DNA of 55,947 nucleotides, from contig CAYSHM010000019.1 of the NCBI GenBank assembly GCA_964430885.1, forward strand, positions 1-55,947, in the 5' to 3' direction. Of this stretch, positions 37,956 to 48,141 are shown one piece after another. The notes below the pieces were generated by a model. It saw nothing but the letters and a program-made list of their open reading frames with translations, ran no database searches and had not been told where the DNA came from. Position 1 is the first letter of the stretch, and every line of letters starts with the position of its first letter. This DNA comes from an uncultured archaeon (lineage in GTDB: Archaea; Thermoplasmatota; Penumbrarchaeia; JASLWR01). The translations under genes and the position numbers were made by a program.

Positions 37956-38201
37956 GTGGAACCCGCTGCTCCGGACATTTTGTTCAAAGAACTGCAGAAT
38001 CAGCGGAACGATATGGAAAGTGACGTTCAGGATTTGATCAATGAATCGGGAAGAGGCCTTTTTCAAAGTCAGGTGGAACTTAAATTGGCGCCATGGAGGG
38101 CTACCTGGATGAAATTGGACCTCATGCTGGAACGGCAGGAGAAGATGGTTCAGCTTCTCAGTGAGATAAATGAGAACCTCAAGAAATTTGGAAACAAATA
38201 A
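37956..38201 (+). CDS. Hypothetical helical protein (possibly starting at ACG 37893)
   Basis: Coiled-coil-like open frame that extends upstream to an ACG lying 5 nt after GAGGTG. Confidence 0.6.
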   Translation: MEPAAPDILFKELQNQRNDMESDVQDLINESGRGLFQSQVELKLAPWRATWMKLDLMLERQEKMVQLLSEINENLKKFGNK

Positions 38202-38391
38202 TCTCGTACAGATCAATGATAGTTTTCACATGGAATTGGTATTCTGTGAAGTATGCCTAAAATATTGTTTATCGTAAAAAAAACAATAATTGGATTGAAC
38301 ATTTATATTAGGTTGGGTTTGACCGTTGTAACAGGCCATTTGAGATATCGGTCAAAAATTTATTATTAATATACCTTTAAAGGTGAGATAT

Positions 38392-39228
38392 GTGTTAGGC
38401 AAGTGTGAGGAACATGGTTTTTACCGGGGTGAGAAATGTACAGTGTGCAATAAGGCTGGAAAATTTCTTATGAATGAACAGGAAATGAACACCCTAGGAA
38501 GATTGATGGCAGGGATTTTGCGACATTTCCCAAATAAGTTCGAGCTGTATATAGATCCCCAGGGATGGGTAAATTTAGATGATATGGTGGATGCGGTCAA
38601 GGAGAACAGAAGAAGATTTCATTGGTTAAGGAAGCATCACTTTACAGCACTTAAGGAAACTGATGACAAGGGCCGTTTCCAGGTAGATAATAACATGATC
38701 AGGGCTACTTACGGGCATACTGTTGATGTGGATCCGGATCTTCCATCTGATGATATTCCCGAGAGATTATACTATCCGGCTGCCCAGGCGGAATTGAGTC
38801 TTCTTCTGGATGAGGGTCTGACCCCGTCGGATAAAATGAAGGTTCACCTCAGCAGATCTTTCAAGGATGCTGTGGTTGCAGGTGAGCACCGATATGATGA
38901 CGCGGTGATATTAGAGGTGGATGCTCTAAGAGCGTTGGAAAATGGATGCGACATAGGTCAGGCCGGTACAACAGTTTTCACAACCTTTGAGATTCCTGGC
39001 GAATTTCTAAAGGTGGCAGATATGGTAAATGAATCTGATGAAACTGATAATGAAGCAGCTGATGAGGGGTCCTCAGTATCTGTTGAAGATGAGGTGGATA
39101 AGGAGGAGGAAATGAAGGAGCCCATTGATGAGCCCGAAGAGGAGGGTGAAGAGTTAGCTGACAGGAATGATGCCCCTGATGTTAGTGAAGATGCGGAGGA
39201 TGAGGATGAGGAGATATGGGATCTTTGA
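38392..39228 (+). CDS. kptA: RNA 2'-phosphotransferase Tpt1/KptA with N-terminal zinc knuckle and acidic tail
   Basis: CEEHG...CTVC; LRHFP; KGRFQ; IRATYGHT; VHLS; about 70-aa D/E tail. Confidence 0.9.
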   Translation: MLGKCEEHGFYRGEKCTVCNKAGKFLMNEQEMNTLGRLMAGILRHFPNKFELYIDPQGWVNLDDMVDAVKENRRRFHWLRKHHFTALKETDDKGRFQVDNNMIRATYGHTVDVDPDLPSDDIPERLYYPAAQAELSLLLDEGLTPSDKMKVHLSRSFKDAVVAGEHRYDDAVILEVDALRALENGCDIGQAGTTVFTTFEIPGEFLKVADMVNESDETDNEAADEGSSVSVEDEVDKEEEMKEPIDEPEEEGEELADRNDAPDVSEDAEDEDEEIWDL

Positions 39229-39445
39229 ATTAAAATGGATATGAACTTAGGGATTCAAATTTGCATTCAGTTTCCCTTTTTGCATTGATCACATATTGAG
39301 GCCGATAAGAGCTTCAACTATTAAGCATAATATTATTACCATAAAAAATTATAAATAGAGTTTAGAGGATTAGTTTCGTCAGATTTTTTCATAAATTTTT
39401 CCTTTGTCAGATTAGAATTGGATAAATACCGCGAGGGCGTTCCAA

Positions 39446-40081
39446 ATGGAAAAAAAGTTATTGAAAGGTACTACTACAGTCGGGATAAATTACAAGGATG
39501 GCGTGGTTGTAGGTTCGGAACATCGAGCTACAATGGGTACATTGATCGCCCATAAATCCACACAGAAGGTGTTCAAGATAGCGGACCATATTGCCCTGAC
39601 CACTGCAGGTCTTGTGGGCGACGCCCAGGTATTGTCAAGATACCTAAGGGCAGAGGTGGAATTGTATCAGCTTAAGAGAAACGCTCCTATGTCAATAAAG
39701 GCCGCAGCTACCCTGATGGCAAATATATTGAATTCTAGAAAATATTACCCTTATTGGGTTCAGTTGATCATAGCCGGAGTTGACGACGAAGGCGGACATG
39801 TATATTCCCTTGATGCAGCAGGAGGTAGTATTCCTGACGATTATGTTACAACAGGTTCGGGTTCTCCATATGTATATGGTGTTTTTGAAAATCACTTTAA
39901 AATGGGTATGACCCAAACCGAAGCCGTAGATCTAGCCCTAAGGGGTATTCAGGCAGCCATAAAGAGGGATGCCGCCTCAGGTAACGGTATGGATATTGTT
40001 GTAATTTCCAAAAAGGGCGGATGGAAACAGATTCCCGATAGTGACATTCAGAAAAGACTGAAGAAAATGAAACTGTTGTAA
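39446..40081 (+). CDS. psmB: Proteasome beta subunit
   Basis: Short propeptide then G|TTTVG; GLVGDAQ; TGSGS; RDAASG. Confidence 0.96.
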   Translation: MEKKLLKGTTTVGINYKDGVVVGSEHRATMGTLIAHKSTQKVFKIADHIALTTAGLVGDAQVLSRYLRAEVELYQLKRNAPMSIKAAATLMANILNSRKYYPYWVQLIIAGVDDEGGHVYSLDAAGGSIPDDYVTTGSGSPYVYGVFENHFKMGMTQTEAVDLALRGIQAAIKRDAASGNGMDIVVISKKGGWKQIPDSDIQKRLKKMKLL

Positions 40082-40583
40082 TATTATTTGAAAGAAAGGT
40101 TTATTTATTAAAATGCCATTTCTGGCTATGATATCAGGGTTGGGATGGGTTTTAAGAATGGCCATATTTATTGAATGAAAAATTCGATTTTTTTTTAAAA
40201 ATTGAATCATTAAATATACACATATCATTATGGCGCCGATAGATAATAAATAGATTATTGGAACAAGAGGTCGGAGTCAGGATTTTATGATTAATACTTG
40301 AAGTTAAGCTGTTCATCGACCATAAGATTAATCTGTTCCTTGATTATTGAAGGATTTCATATTTGATAAATTTAAATGGGCTATATTTGAGAAATTGTAT
40401 GTGTTTGTTCAAGCATGTTTGGTGGTTGTTATACCTTAATTTAGGTTGGATTTTTGGATCAATGTCGTTGATTCACTAAGTAAAGATAAGATTTCATAAG
40501 TTTAGGTTAATGAATATTTGAGGTGTCAATACATAATTTAAGAAGAATAACTGATGCCTTTCTAGCAATTCGAGTTGATACCA

Positions 40584-42503
40584 ATGGGTTCGACGAGGAA
40601 CAAGATTTTAAATGAGATAAACCAAAAGGTAAGGGATATACTTCCCGTAAGGGTGATTGTCAGCGAGATAGATATTGAGGGTCCGGAGATTGTCATATAT
40701 ACTAGAAATCTTGATGAATTTGTCAGGAACAAGTATATTGTGAGGAAAATTGCTCAGGTTCTAAAGAAGAGAGTAGTTATCAGACCGGACCCCAGTGAAC
40801 TTATGAGCCCCCATAAGGCCGAAAAACTTATCAATGAGATCATTCCGGAGGACGGGGGCGTGACTAACATCACATTCCTTGATGATGTCGGAGAAGTAAT
40901 AATAGAAGCATCTTCTCCAAGTGTAGTTATCGGCAAGAAGGGCGAGAGGCTCAACAAGATCAAGAAGGTAATCGGTTGGGCACCCAATATTAAGAGGACC
41001 CCTCCGATACATTCTAAGACGGTTATGGAAATAAGGGCCCATCTTCAGAACGACAAGGAAGGTAGGAAAAAATTCCTCCGAGCGCTTGGGGAAAGGATCT
41101 ACAGGGAACCTAGAGGGGAAATGAAATGGGTAAGGGCCACCTTTTTGGGAGGATATAAGGAAGTGGGCAGAAGCAGTACTCTTTTCAGTACCAACGAGAC
41201 CAAGGTACTTGTGGACTGCGGTTTGAATCCGGGCGCATCAAATGATGATTTCTCTCCTTATCTAGCCGTACCTGAGATATTACCCATAGAATCACTTGAT
41301 GCAGTTATTGTTACCCACGCTCATCTTGATCATTCTGGATTGATTCCCCTGTTGTATAAATATAATTATAACGGACCGGTCTATTGTACGCCCGCGACTA
41401 GGGATCTTATGGCCCTGTTACAGTTGGACGGTCTCAAGGTCACCTTGGGAGAGGGCAGGAATACCCCTTACGATTCATCGAATATAAGGAAGATGATCAC
41501 CCACACAATACCTCTAGCTTACGGGGAGACGACGGATATTGCTCCTCAGATAAGATTGACCTTCCACAATGCAGGGCATATTCTAGGTTCTTCCATTTGC
41601 CACTTTCATTTCGGTGACGGGCTTCATAACGTAGCTGTCACTGGTGATGTCAAGTATGAAAATACCTATCTGTTCAATTCATCCACGAAGACATTCCCCC
41701 GACTGGAGACGCTCATAATCGAATCAACATATGGAGGGAAGAAGGATTTTCAGCCTTCCAGAAAGCAAGCCTCCAATAGATTGAAAGAGATTCTGGAAAG
41801 GACAATAAACAGGGGGGGCAAGGCTCTGATCCCCGTTTTTGCGGTGGGCAGAAGCCAGGAAGTAATGATAACCCTTGAAGAGCTAATGAGGACCGGAAGA
41901 GTTCCAACAGTTCCCATATATGTTGATGGAATGATACTTGAAGCCACTGCAATTCACACCGCATACCCTGATTTTCTGAATGATAATCTGAAAAGGAAAA
42001 TATTCCGAAAGACCGATAACCCCTTCTTGGCGGAGGTGTTCAAGCACGTGGCTACCAGGGATCAAAGGGAAAAGATTCTCATCGATCCGGACCCTTGTGT
42101 GGTGCTGGCAACATCAGGTATGATGACCGGCGGTCCAGTTTTAGAATACCTGAAGTCATGGGGTCCGAATCAGAAAAATGCCCTGGTGTTTGTAGGTTAT
42201 CAGGCCTCAGGTACCATAGGTATGGCGATCCAACGCGGGCAGAAAGAGGTAACGATCCATCAGAAGGATGAGAAGTATAATATAGAAATAAATCTAGGCA
42301 TTGAAATTGTTGATGGTTTTTCAGGACACAGCGACAGAGGGCAGCTCCTTTCCTATGTTGCAACCATGAAACCAAAACCGGAGCGGATAATAATCGGCCA
42401 CGGGGAGCCCTCCAAATCCAAAGAATTGGCCACATCTATCACAAAGAAATACGGTATCAAGACTATAGTCCCCAACAATCTGGATACCGTCAGATTGGTA
42501 TAA
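40584..42503 (+). CDS. Beta-CASP ribonuclease aCPSF1 / FttA (transcription termination factor)
   Basis: N-terminal KH domains (VVIGKKG), EVGRS, HAHLDH, AGHILGS, ESTYG, AVGRSQE, FSGHSD; follows psmB. Confidence 0.95.
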   Translation: MGSTRNKILNEINQKVRDILPVRVIVSEIDIEGPEIVIYTRNLDEFVRNKYIVRKIAQVLKKRVVIRPDPSELMSPHKAEKLINEIIPEDGGVTNITFLDDVGEVIIEASSPSVVIGKKGERLNKIKKVIGWAPNIKRTPPIHSKTVMEIRAHLQNDKEGRKKFLRALGERIYREPRGEMKWVRATFLGGYKEVGRSSTLFSTNETKVLVDCGLNPGASNDDFSPYLAVPEILPIESLDAVIVTHAHLDHSGLIPLLYKYNYNGPVYCTPATRDLMALLQLDGLKVTLGEGRNTPYDSSNIRKMITHTIPLAYGETTDIAPQIRLTFHNAGHILGSSICHFHFGDGLHNVAVTGDVKYENTYLFNSSTKTFPRLETLIIESTYGGKKDFQPSRKQASNRLKEILERTINRGGKALIPVFAVGRSQEVMITLEELMRTGRVPTVPIYVDGMILEATAIHTAYPDFLNDNLKRKIFRKTDNPFLAEVFKHVATRDQREKILIDPDPCVVLATSGMMTGGPVLEYLKSWGPNQKNALVFVGYQASGTIGMAIQRGQKEVTIHQKDEKYNIEINLGIEIVDGFSGHSDRGQLLSYVATMKPKPERIIIGHGEPSKSKELATSITKKYGIKTIVPNNLDTVRLV

Positions 42504-42527
42504 TTATCATTGAGTACGTATATTTTT

Positions 42528-43517
42528 CTAGCACTCATTGTTTATCTCTATTGCAGCCTTCAATACGGCTTCTTCAGAGGTGTATTCAGGTTTAAAACCT
42601 ATCACATTCATCTTATCCATGGCCAGGAGCATTACCTTTACATCGCCTTTCCATCCTCCTTTCCCCCCGTCAACTCCCCCTGTCCACGAGTATGCGATAT
42701 TTTCCAGCTCAAGGGCATTGCATACGCTATCCGCAATGGTTTTTACAGTGATATGGTCCATAGAGCCAATATTGAATATGTTAACCATTTCGTCGGAATT
42801 AAGGCAGGCGTGGATGATACCATCTATACAGTCCTTGATGTGGAAGTATGATTTTCTGGTGCCTGGTTTGCTGCCCAGTATCTCGAGATTTAGGGGATTC
42901 TCTCTCAGTTTGTGGATGAAATCAAATATTACACCGTGTGTGGACCGAGATCCCACTACATTGGCGAATCTGAAAATATAGGAGGTCATTTTATAATTGG
43001 AGCAGTAGGCGGTTATGAAACCCTCTGCAGCCAGTTTGGATGAGGCGTAGAGGGATATTGGAATCAGCGGTCCATAGTTCTCTGGAGTTGGTATCTCTTT
43101 GGCTTCCCCGTAAACCGTGGATGTCGAGGTGAAAGCTATGTTCTTGATCCCGTTCTTTCTCATTGATTCCAGCAGATTGTAAGTGGTGATGACATTCTGC
43201 TCCAAATGGACATATGTATTGCTAGCCCCTAATCTGACATCCGGGTTGGCAGCAAGATGGAATACCCAATGGCAGTCTTTTATCTCCTCATCCAGGGTTT
43301 TTTGGTCCATTAAATCCATTTCTTTGAATGTGAAATTATCATTATCCAAATTGTGTTCTAGAAAATCCATGTTTCCTGAAGAGAGGTTGTCCAGAACCTT
43401 TACTTGATTGTTCATTTTCAGCAGTCGGTCCACTAGATGTGACCCGATAAATCCTGCTCCGCCAGTGATTATGATCTTCTTACCAGTCAGTTTATTTGTG
43501 ATTTCTTTTTTCATCAT
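42528..43517 (-). CDS. NAD-dependent epimerase/dehydratase (extended SDR)
   Basis: TGGAGFIGSH, HLAANPDV, STSTVYG, YASSK, GWKGDV. Confidence 0.92.
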   Translation of the reverse strand: MMKKEITNKLTGKKIIITGGAGFIGSHLVDRLLKMNNQVKVLDNLSSGNMDFLEHNLDNDNFTFKEMDLMDQKTLDEEIKDCHWVFHLAANPDVRLGASNTYVHLEQNVITTYNLLESMRKNGIKNIAFTSTSTVYGEAKEIPTPENYGPLIPISLYASSKLAAEGFITAYCSNYKMTSYIFRFANVVGSRSTHGVIFDFIHKLRENPLNLEILGSKPGTRKSYFHIKDCIDGIIHACLNSDEMVNIFNIGSMDHITVKTIADSVCNALELENIAYSWTGGVDGGKGGWKGDVKVMLLAMDKMNVIGFKPEYTSEEAVLKAAIEINNEC

Positions 43518-43759
43518 TGAACTGCCTCCTTGGATTCTTTCTCAGAACAAATTTGAACATTGAAATAGATTTTGATGTTTTTCGTAAATGACAGGATAAT
43601 CTTCACGGCATCTATTAAATAAATTAGTAGACCATAATCATGAATAATCAAATCTATTAAGAGAATAGAAGTCAGCTCTGCCGAGTTCTCAAGGTCGATA
43701 ATGGTCGACAAGAAAGGAGTGAGTTCATTGGCCAAGCATGTACACACTGAGGCTGAATA

Positions 43760-44330
43760 ATGAGTTTTAGAAAGGCCAGGATGTTCAATAACAAAGCGAA
43801 AAAGAAAAAAAGCAGAGCGGAGGATATTTTGAGTGCCCTTAACCTCCGAAATGGCGATATTATTGCGGATTATGGCTCAGGAGGAGGTCATTTTACGATT
43901 CTATTTTCCAAAAAGGTTGGGAACTCAGGCCGAGTTTTTGCAGTGGATATCAACAGGACATTTCTGGAGTTCATCCATAATGAAGCAAATAGAAAGGGAA
44001 TAATAAACATTGCTACGATTCGGACAGCAGATTTTCTGAATAGGGAAGAAACTGCGTTTGATCTGATTTTCCTCCGGAATGTCTATCACCATCTTGATGA
44101 TAGAACCGGCCTGTTAATTAACTTGAAAAAAAAACTAAGTCCTGGCGGGCGGATGGCGATAATTGAACATAAAAAGAAAAGAGGTCTGAATTTTCATAGT
44201 CTTTTCGGGCATAATGTAGAGGAATCAATAATTATTAATGAGATGAAAAAGGCAGGTTTTTTTAAGAATATTCCGATTCGATTTCCTCTCTGAGCAAAGC
44301 TTCAACATCTTCAAGAAAGGACCAAGCTAA
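43760..44330 (+). CDS. Class I SAM-dependent methyltransferase, with an apparent +1 frameshift near the C-terminus
   Basis: IADYGSGGG, VFAVDIN, NVYHH, LSPGGR; annotated frame stops at 44293, while a plausible last strand (FDFLSEQSFNIF) lies in the +1 frame ending at 44330. Confidence 0.8.
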
Positions 44331-44393
44331 TCAGTGAAAGGACTAAGTGTAAGGTATAAAGTAAAAGGGCCAAATAATTTTGATATGATCCAA

Positions 44394-45023
44394 TTACCTC
44401 AAGTGTATGGGTATCTGATTCTTCTTTTTCTTCCTTTTCTTCGGTCTAGCGCCCGCTTCATTGTTTCGGGTATGCATCCCGACTATACTTGATGTTCTTC
44501 CTTCAATGGAAGTTAGGGATTTTTTTTGAACAGCCCCTGCTTTTCCCCTAGTACCTTCAATAATTTCACTTCGGCTTTCGATTTTTATTGAGGGTTGAAA
44601 TCCTGTCGCTTCTCCTCCTAGAATCGCAGTAAGGCCGAAAAGGACATCTTTCTTTTCATTGCCAGTATCCTCTCCTTTCATTATCTCTTTAATGCCCGAT
44701 TTCCAGTTATCCATGGCTTTAAGAATCTCGTTACGGACCAAAGGAGGTTCCGCTCCCTTGTACAGATGGAAATATCCCCCTCGTTCTATTGTTTTGGTAT
44801 ATTTGTAAATAAGGCCTGTTGTGCAGAGATTCTTTAAATATCTGTAAGCGGTGCTTCGGTCTCTAGCAACCAATTGGGAAACCTGCTTGACGTTCATGGC
44901 ACCGTTCAGAGTTATGTTCTTATATATTTCGACCTCTACTGGTTTCAGCCCGAAGAAGAACTCTAGTATGCTCTTTCCATACTGTTCAGTATTAAAGAGA
45001 AAATTAAGACTGCTATTATTCAA
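44394..45023 (-). CDS. TrmB-like / COG3355 winged-HTH regulator with extended C-terminus
   Basis: FGLKPVEVEIY, RDRSTAYRYLKNL..GLI, GGYFHLY; TTG start after AGGGGGT (uncertain). Confidence 0.75.
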   Translation of the reverse strand: MNNSSLNFLFNTEQYGKSILEFFFGLKPVEVEIYKNITLNGAMNVKQVSQLVARDRSTAYRYLKNLCTTGLIYKYTKTIERGGYFHLYKGAEPPLVRNEILKAMDNWKSGIKEIMKGEDTGNEKKDVLFGLTAILGGEATGFQPSIKIESRSEIIEGTRGKAGAVQKKSLTSIEGRTSSIVGMHTRNNEAGARPKKRKKKKNQIPIHLR

Positions 45024-45286
45024 AAGATACCCCCTGGCGAACATGGTCCTTCCTGGGAAGGGCCATTGTGCAGCATAACCGCACATCTCAAACATGCGAT
45101 TGTTACTATATAAAATTTTCTCCAATAATTATGTATGTATTTTCTATGTGGTTGGTCACCTGGAATTTTTAAATATTGATACAATTCTTTGATGCTCATT
45201 GAAATCATATTCTATGCAGTTAGCCTTTTGTAAAAAGACCCGCAAAACCTTTTATCTATGCCGAGATTTGGAGTGGTTGTGATATC

Positions 45287-47119
45287 ATGAAATTGGTGGA
45301 ATGCGTTCCGAATTTTTCAGAGGGCAAGGACAGCAAGGTTATCGAGGTCATAACCAAGAGCATAGAGTCTGTAGATGGTGCGGAGGTGCGGGATGTGGAT
45401 ATGGGGAGCGATACGAACAGGACAGTTGTAACAATTATCGGAACTCCCAAGGCAATAAAAGAGGCTGCTTTCAGGGCTATTAGAACAGCTGCGGAACATA
45501 TTAACATGGCAAAACACTCCGGTTCTCATCCGAGAATGGGTGCTACTGATGTGTGCCCCTTTATTCCTGTCGAAGGCGTTACCATGGATGATTGTGTAGC
45601 TATAGCTAGAGAGGTGGGGGAACGTGTAGGTGAAGAACTTGGGATACCTGTTTACCTGTATGAGGAGGCGGCAACTTCTGAAGACCGGCGCAATCTTGCC
45701 CAGGTGAGAGCCGGAGAATATGAGGGTTTGGCGGATAAGATAACCGATCCAAATTGGAAACCTGATTTTGGCCCATGGGAATGGAATAATAAAATAGCCG
45801 GAGCTGGCGCCACAATTATAGGTGCCAGGGAATTTCTTATTGCATATAACATAAATTTGAATACCCGCAATGCAAAAATTGCCTGGGATATTGCCTTTGA
45901 TCTTCGTGATCGGGGCCGTTCAGCTAGGACGGGATATCCTGCAGGTCATTACTGGAAAGGAGAGATACTCAGGTACGGTGATTCCCGATTTCCCTGCGGG
46001 GAATGCGATTACTTATCGAATGATTTCAAAGGTGCCAGAGACCATACATTGAAGGAGCATGGATATGATATAATACCGCTTCTGGAGTTCTATGGATATG
46101 ATACCGGAAACCTGGCTGGAAAACCTGTAAAAAAACCGGGTAAGTTCAAGCACTGCAAAGCCATCGGATGGTATGTAGAGGATTATAAATGTGCTCAGGT
46201 ATCCATTAACCTGACCAACTACAGGCAAACCACCATGCATGATGTATTTGAAGAGTCCAAACGGTTAGCCGAAGGTTTGGGGGTAAGCGTAACCGGCAGT
46301 GAGGTTGTAGGTTTGGCTCCCTATCAGGCCCTACTAGACAGCGGGCGATACTATCTTAAGCGGCAGAGCCAGCCCACTGGAATTCCAAATAAAGATATTG
46401 TTCATACCGCGGTGAAATCATTAGGTCTGAACGATGTTGCTCCTTTTCACTTGGAAAAGAGTGTGATAGGTACCCCGCTTGTGAGGTCCGATTCATTTCG
46501 ATCAATGGATATGTCAATCTTCATCGATGAACTCTCCAGAAATTCCGCAACCCCCGGCGGCGGCAGTGTGGCAGCCATAGCCGGCAGTATGGGTGCAGCT
46601 CTGGCCTCAATGGTGTGCAATATCAGTACGGGAGGCCGAGGGACTGAGAAAGAGGATGAGGTTCTAATGCCCATTGCAGAGAAAGCACAGGTCTTGATGG
46701 ACGAATTATTACAAAATGCCGATGAGGATTCCCGCGCCTTTGATGATTATATGACAGCTAAGCGCCTGCCTTCTGGTAATAAGAGAGAGGTAGAACTGAG
46801 AAAAAAAGCAATGGACACGGGTCTCAAGAACGCTGTGGAAGTCCCTCTTAGGACTGCGAGGTTGGGTTTAGAGGTAATCGACCTATCAGTAATTGCAGTT
46901 GACAACGGCAAGACCAGTACGGCAAGCGATGCCCTTGTCTGTGCCCTGATGGCATATTCAGCAGTCCTAGGCGGTATTGCCAACGTGAAGATAAATCTGG
47001 GAGAAGTGAATGATGTGGCTTTCTGCCAAGATATGCTGGCAGAATGCGGGCTTTTAGAGAAGAAGGCCATTGAAGGTTCGGATCATGTTAAGGATAGAGT
47101 GGATGAACTATTGAGGTGA
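45287..47119 (+). CDS. ftcd: Bifunctional glutamate formimidoyltransferase / formiminoTHF cyclodeaminase with a zinc-finger insert
   Basis: ECVPNFSEG, HPRMGATDVCPFIP, GAREFLIAYN, AQVSINL, TPGGGSVAA. Confidence 0.93.
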   Translation: MKLVECVPNFSEGKDSKVIEVITKSIESVDGAEVRDVDMGSDTNRTVVTIIGTPKAIKEAAFRAIRTAAEHINMAKHSGSHPRMGATDVCPFIPVEGVTMDDCVAIAREVGERVGEELGIPVYLYEEAATSEDRRNLAQVRAGEYEGLADKITDPNWKPDFGPWEWNNKIAGAGATIIGAREFLIAYNINLNTRNAKIAWDIAFDLRDRGRSARTGYPAGHYWKGEILRYGDSRFPCGECDYLSNDFKGARDHTLKEHGYDIIPLLEFYGYDTGNLAGKPVKKPGKFKHCKAIGWYVEDYKCAQVSINLTNYRQTTMHDVFEESKRLAEGLGVSVTGSEVVGLAPYQALLDSGRYYLKRQSQPTGIPNKDIVHTAVKSLGLNDVAPFHLEKSVIGTPLVRSDSFRSMDMSIFIDELSRNSATPGGGSVAAIAGSMGAALASMVCNISTGGRGTEKEDEVLMPIAEKAQVLMDELLQNADEDSRAFDDYMTAKRLPSGNKREVELRKKAMDTGLKNAVEVPLRTARLGLEVIDLSVIAVDNGKTSTASDALVCALMAYSAVLGGIANVKINLGEVNDVAFCQDMLAECGLLEKKAIEGSDHVKDRVDELLR

Positions 47120-48115
47120 AAGAAGCGGATCTTTATGGCCATCGGAACACCGATTCAGGTATCCTCCGCTCCTACATCCGCCATTGCAATATTCAACATA
47201 TCTGCATGATCTGCATCTGTAAGTCAATTGAGAAATGTCGAGATATTCTGCCCTCGCTTTTTCAAGATCCATTGATATTGAATTCCAATCAGAGGTGGTC
47301 AGCGGTCCGGATATTCTAGGTGATAATGGACATAGTTTAAGGAATCCTTCTTGGTCTATTGTGAGGTAATCAATGCCGGCACTGCAGACGGGCTTATTGA
47401 TATTATTGAAATGGTGGCCCGAGCTGATACATGGAAGGTCAGGGATGCCCAATGATATGGGAAGGCCGCTGCTTTCGGCAAACGTATTGACGATATCCAG
47501 TGCATTGATGTAATCCTTTGGCGACAGTGCATTCTTATCATCGGGATTTCCGTTGCTGACGGGAATATATCTGATAGCCAATATGTGTCTACTGCCAGCA
47601 GCAAGATGGAAATCCAGAATATCGCCCAGTCTGTTCAGATTTCTCCGGGATATCACAACTGAGGTGGTGAAAGCCATTCCATTCATGTTCAATGATAAGA
47701 TATTCTTTTCAAGTATTGAGAAGGAGTCCCCTGCATTGCTAACCTCATTATAGAAACACCCGATGTCAGAAATCTGTATTTGGAAATGTATACTGTATCT
47801 CTTAAGGAGCGCTATGGGCGGATCGGGGATACCGGAGGATAGGAGTATGACCTCTTTACACTTCCTGTTCAGTATGTCGCATAATTTTCCTATGTCTTCC
47901 CTGAGCAGAGGGTCGCCTCCAGTCAGCACAATTTGATTTATTTGCGGTAACCGGGTGATGATACTTTTCCAATCTGTGAATTCCAGTTCATTTTCAGAAA
48001 TAATGCCCCCGCCTCCGCTGGTCCGGTTATAACAGTAACTGCAATCCAGGGGACATTTCTTGGTTATTTCTAGGGCCAATGTTTCGATTCCTTTGAACAG
48101 AAAACTGGCAGACAT
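47108..48115 (-). CDS. Radical SAM/SPASM domain protein
   Basis: CPLDCSYC, TGGDPLLR, CSAG...GFLKLCP, CRSCRYVEYCNGGC. Confidence 0.88.
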   Translation of the reverse strand: MSASFLFKGIETLALEITKKCPLDCSYCYNRTSGGGGIISENELEFTDWKSIITRLPQINQIVLTGGDPLLREDIGKLCDILNRKCKEVILLSSGIPDPPIALLKRYSIHFQIQISDIGCFYNEVSNAGDSFSILEKNILSLNMNGMAFTTSVVISRRNLNRLGDILDFHLAAGSRHILAIRYIPVSNGNPDDKNALSPKDYINALDIVNTFAESSGLPISLGIPDLPCISSGHHFNNINKPVCSAGIDYLTIDQEGFLKLCPLSPRISGPLTTSDWNSISMDLEKARAEYLDISQLTYRCRSCRYVEYCNGGCRSGGYLNRCSDGHKDPLLSPQ

Positions 48116-48141
48116 TTTAATCTCTCTTTTATTTATATTTT

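Noticed and set aside
39977-40228. 83-aa minus-strand ORF in the psmB-aCPSF1 spacer
   Set aside because: It overlaps psmB antisense, has AT-driven composition, no SD and no recognisable motif.
43514-43747. 77-aa minus-strand ORF upstream of the epimerase
   Set aside because: No recognisable motif; it overlaps the plus-strand SD and uORF region. The ATGA overlap with the epimerase is not enough support on its own.
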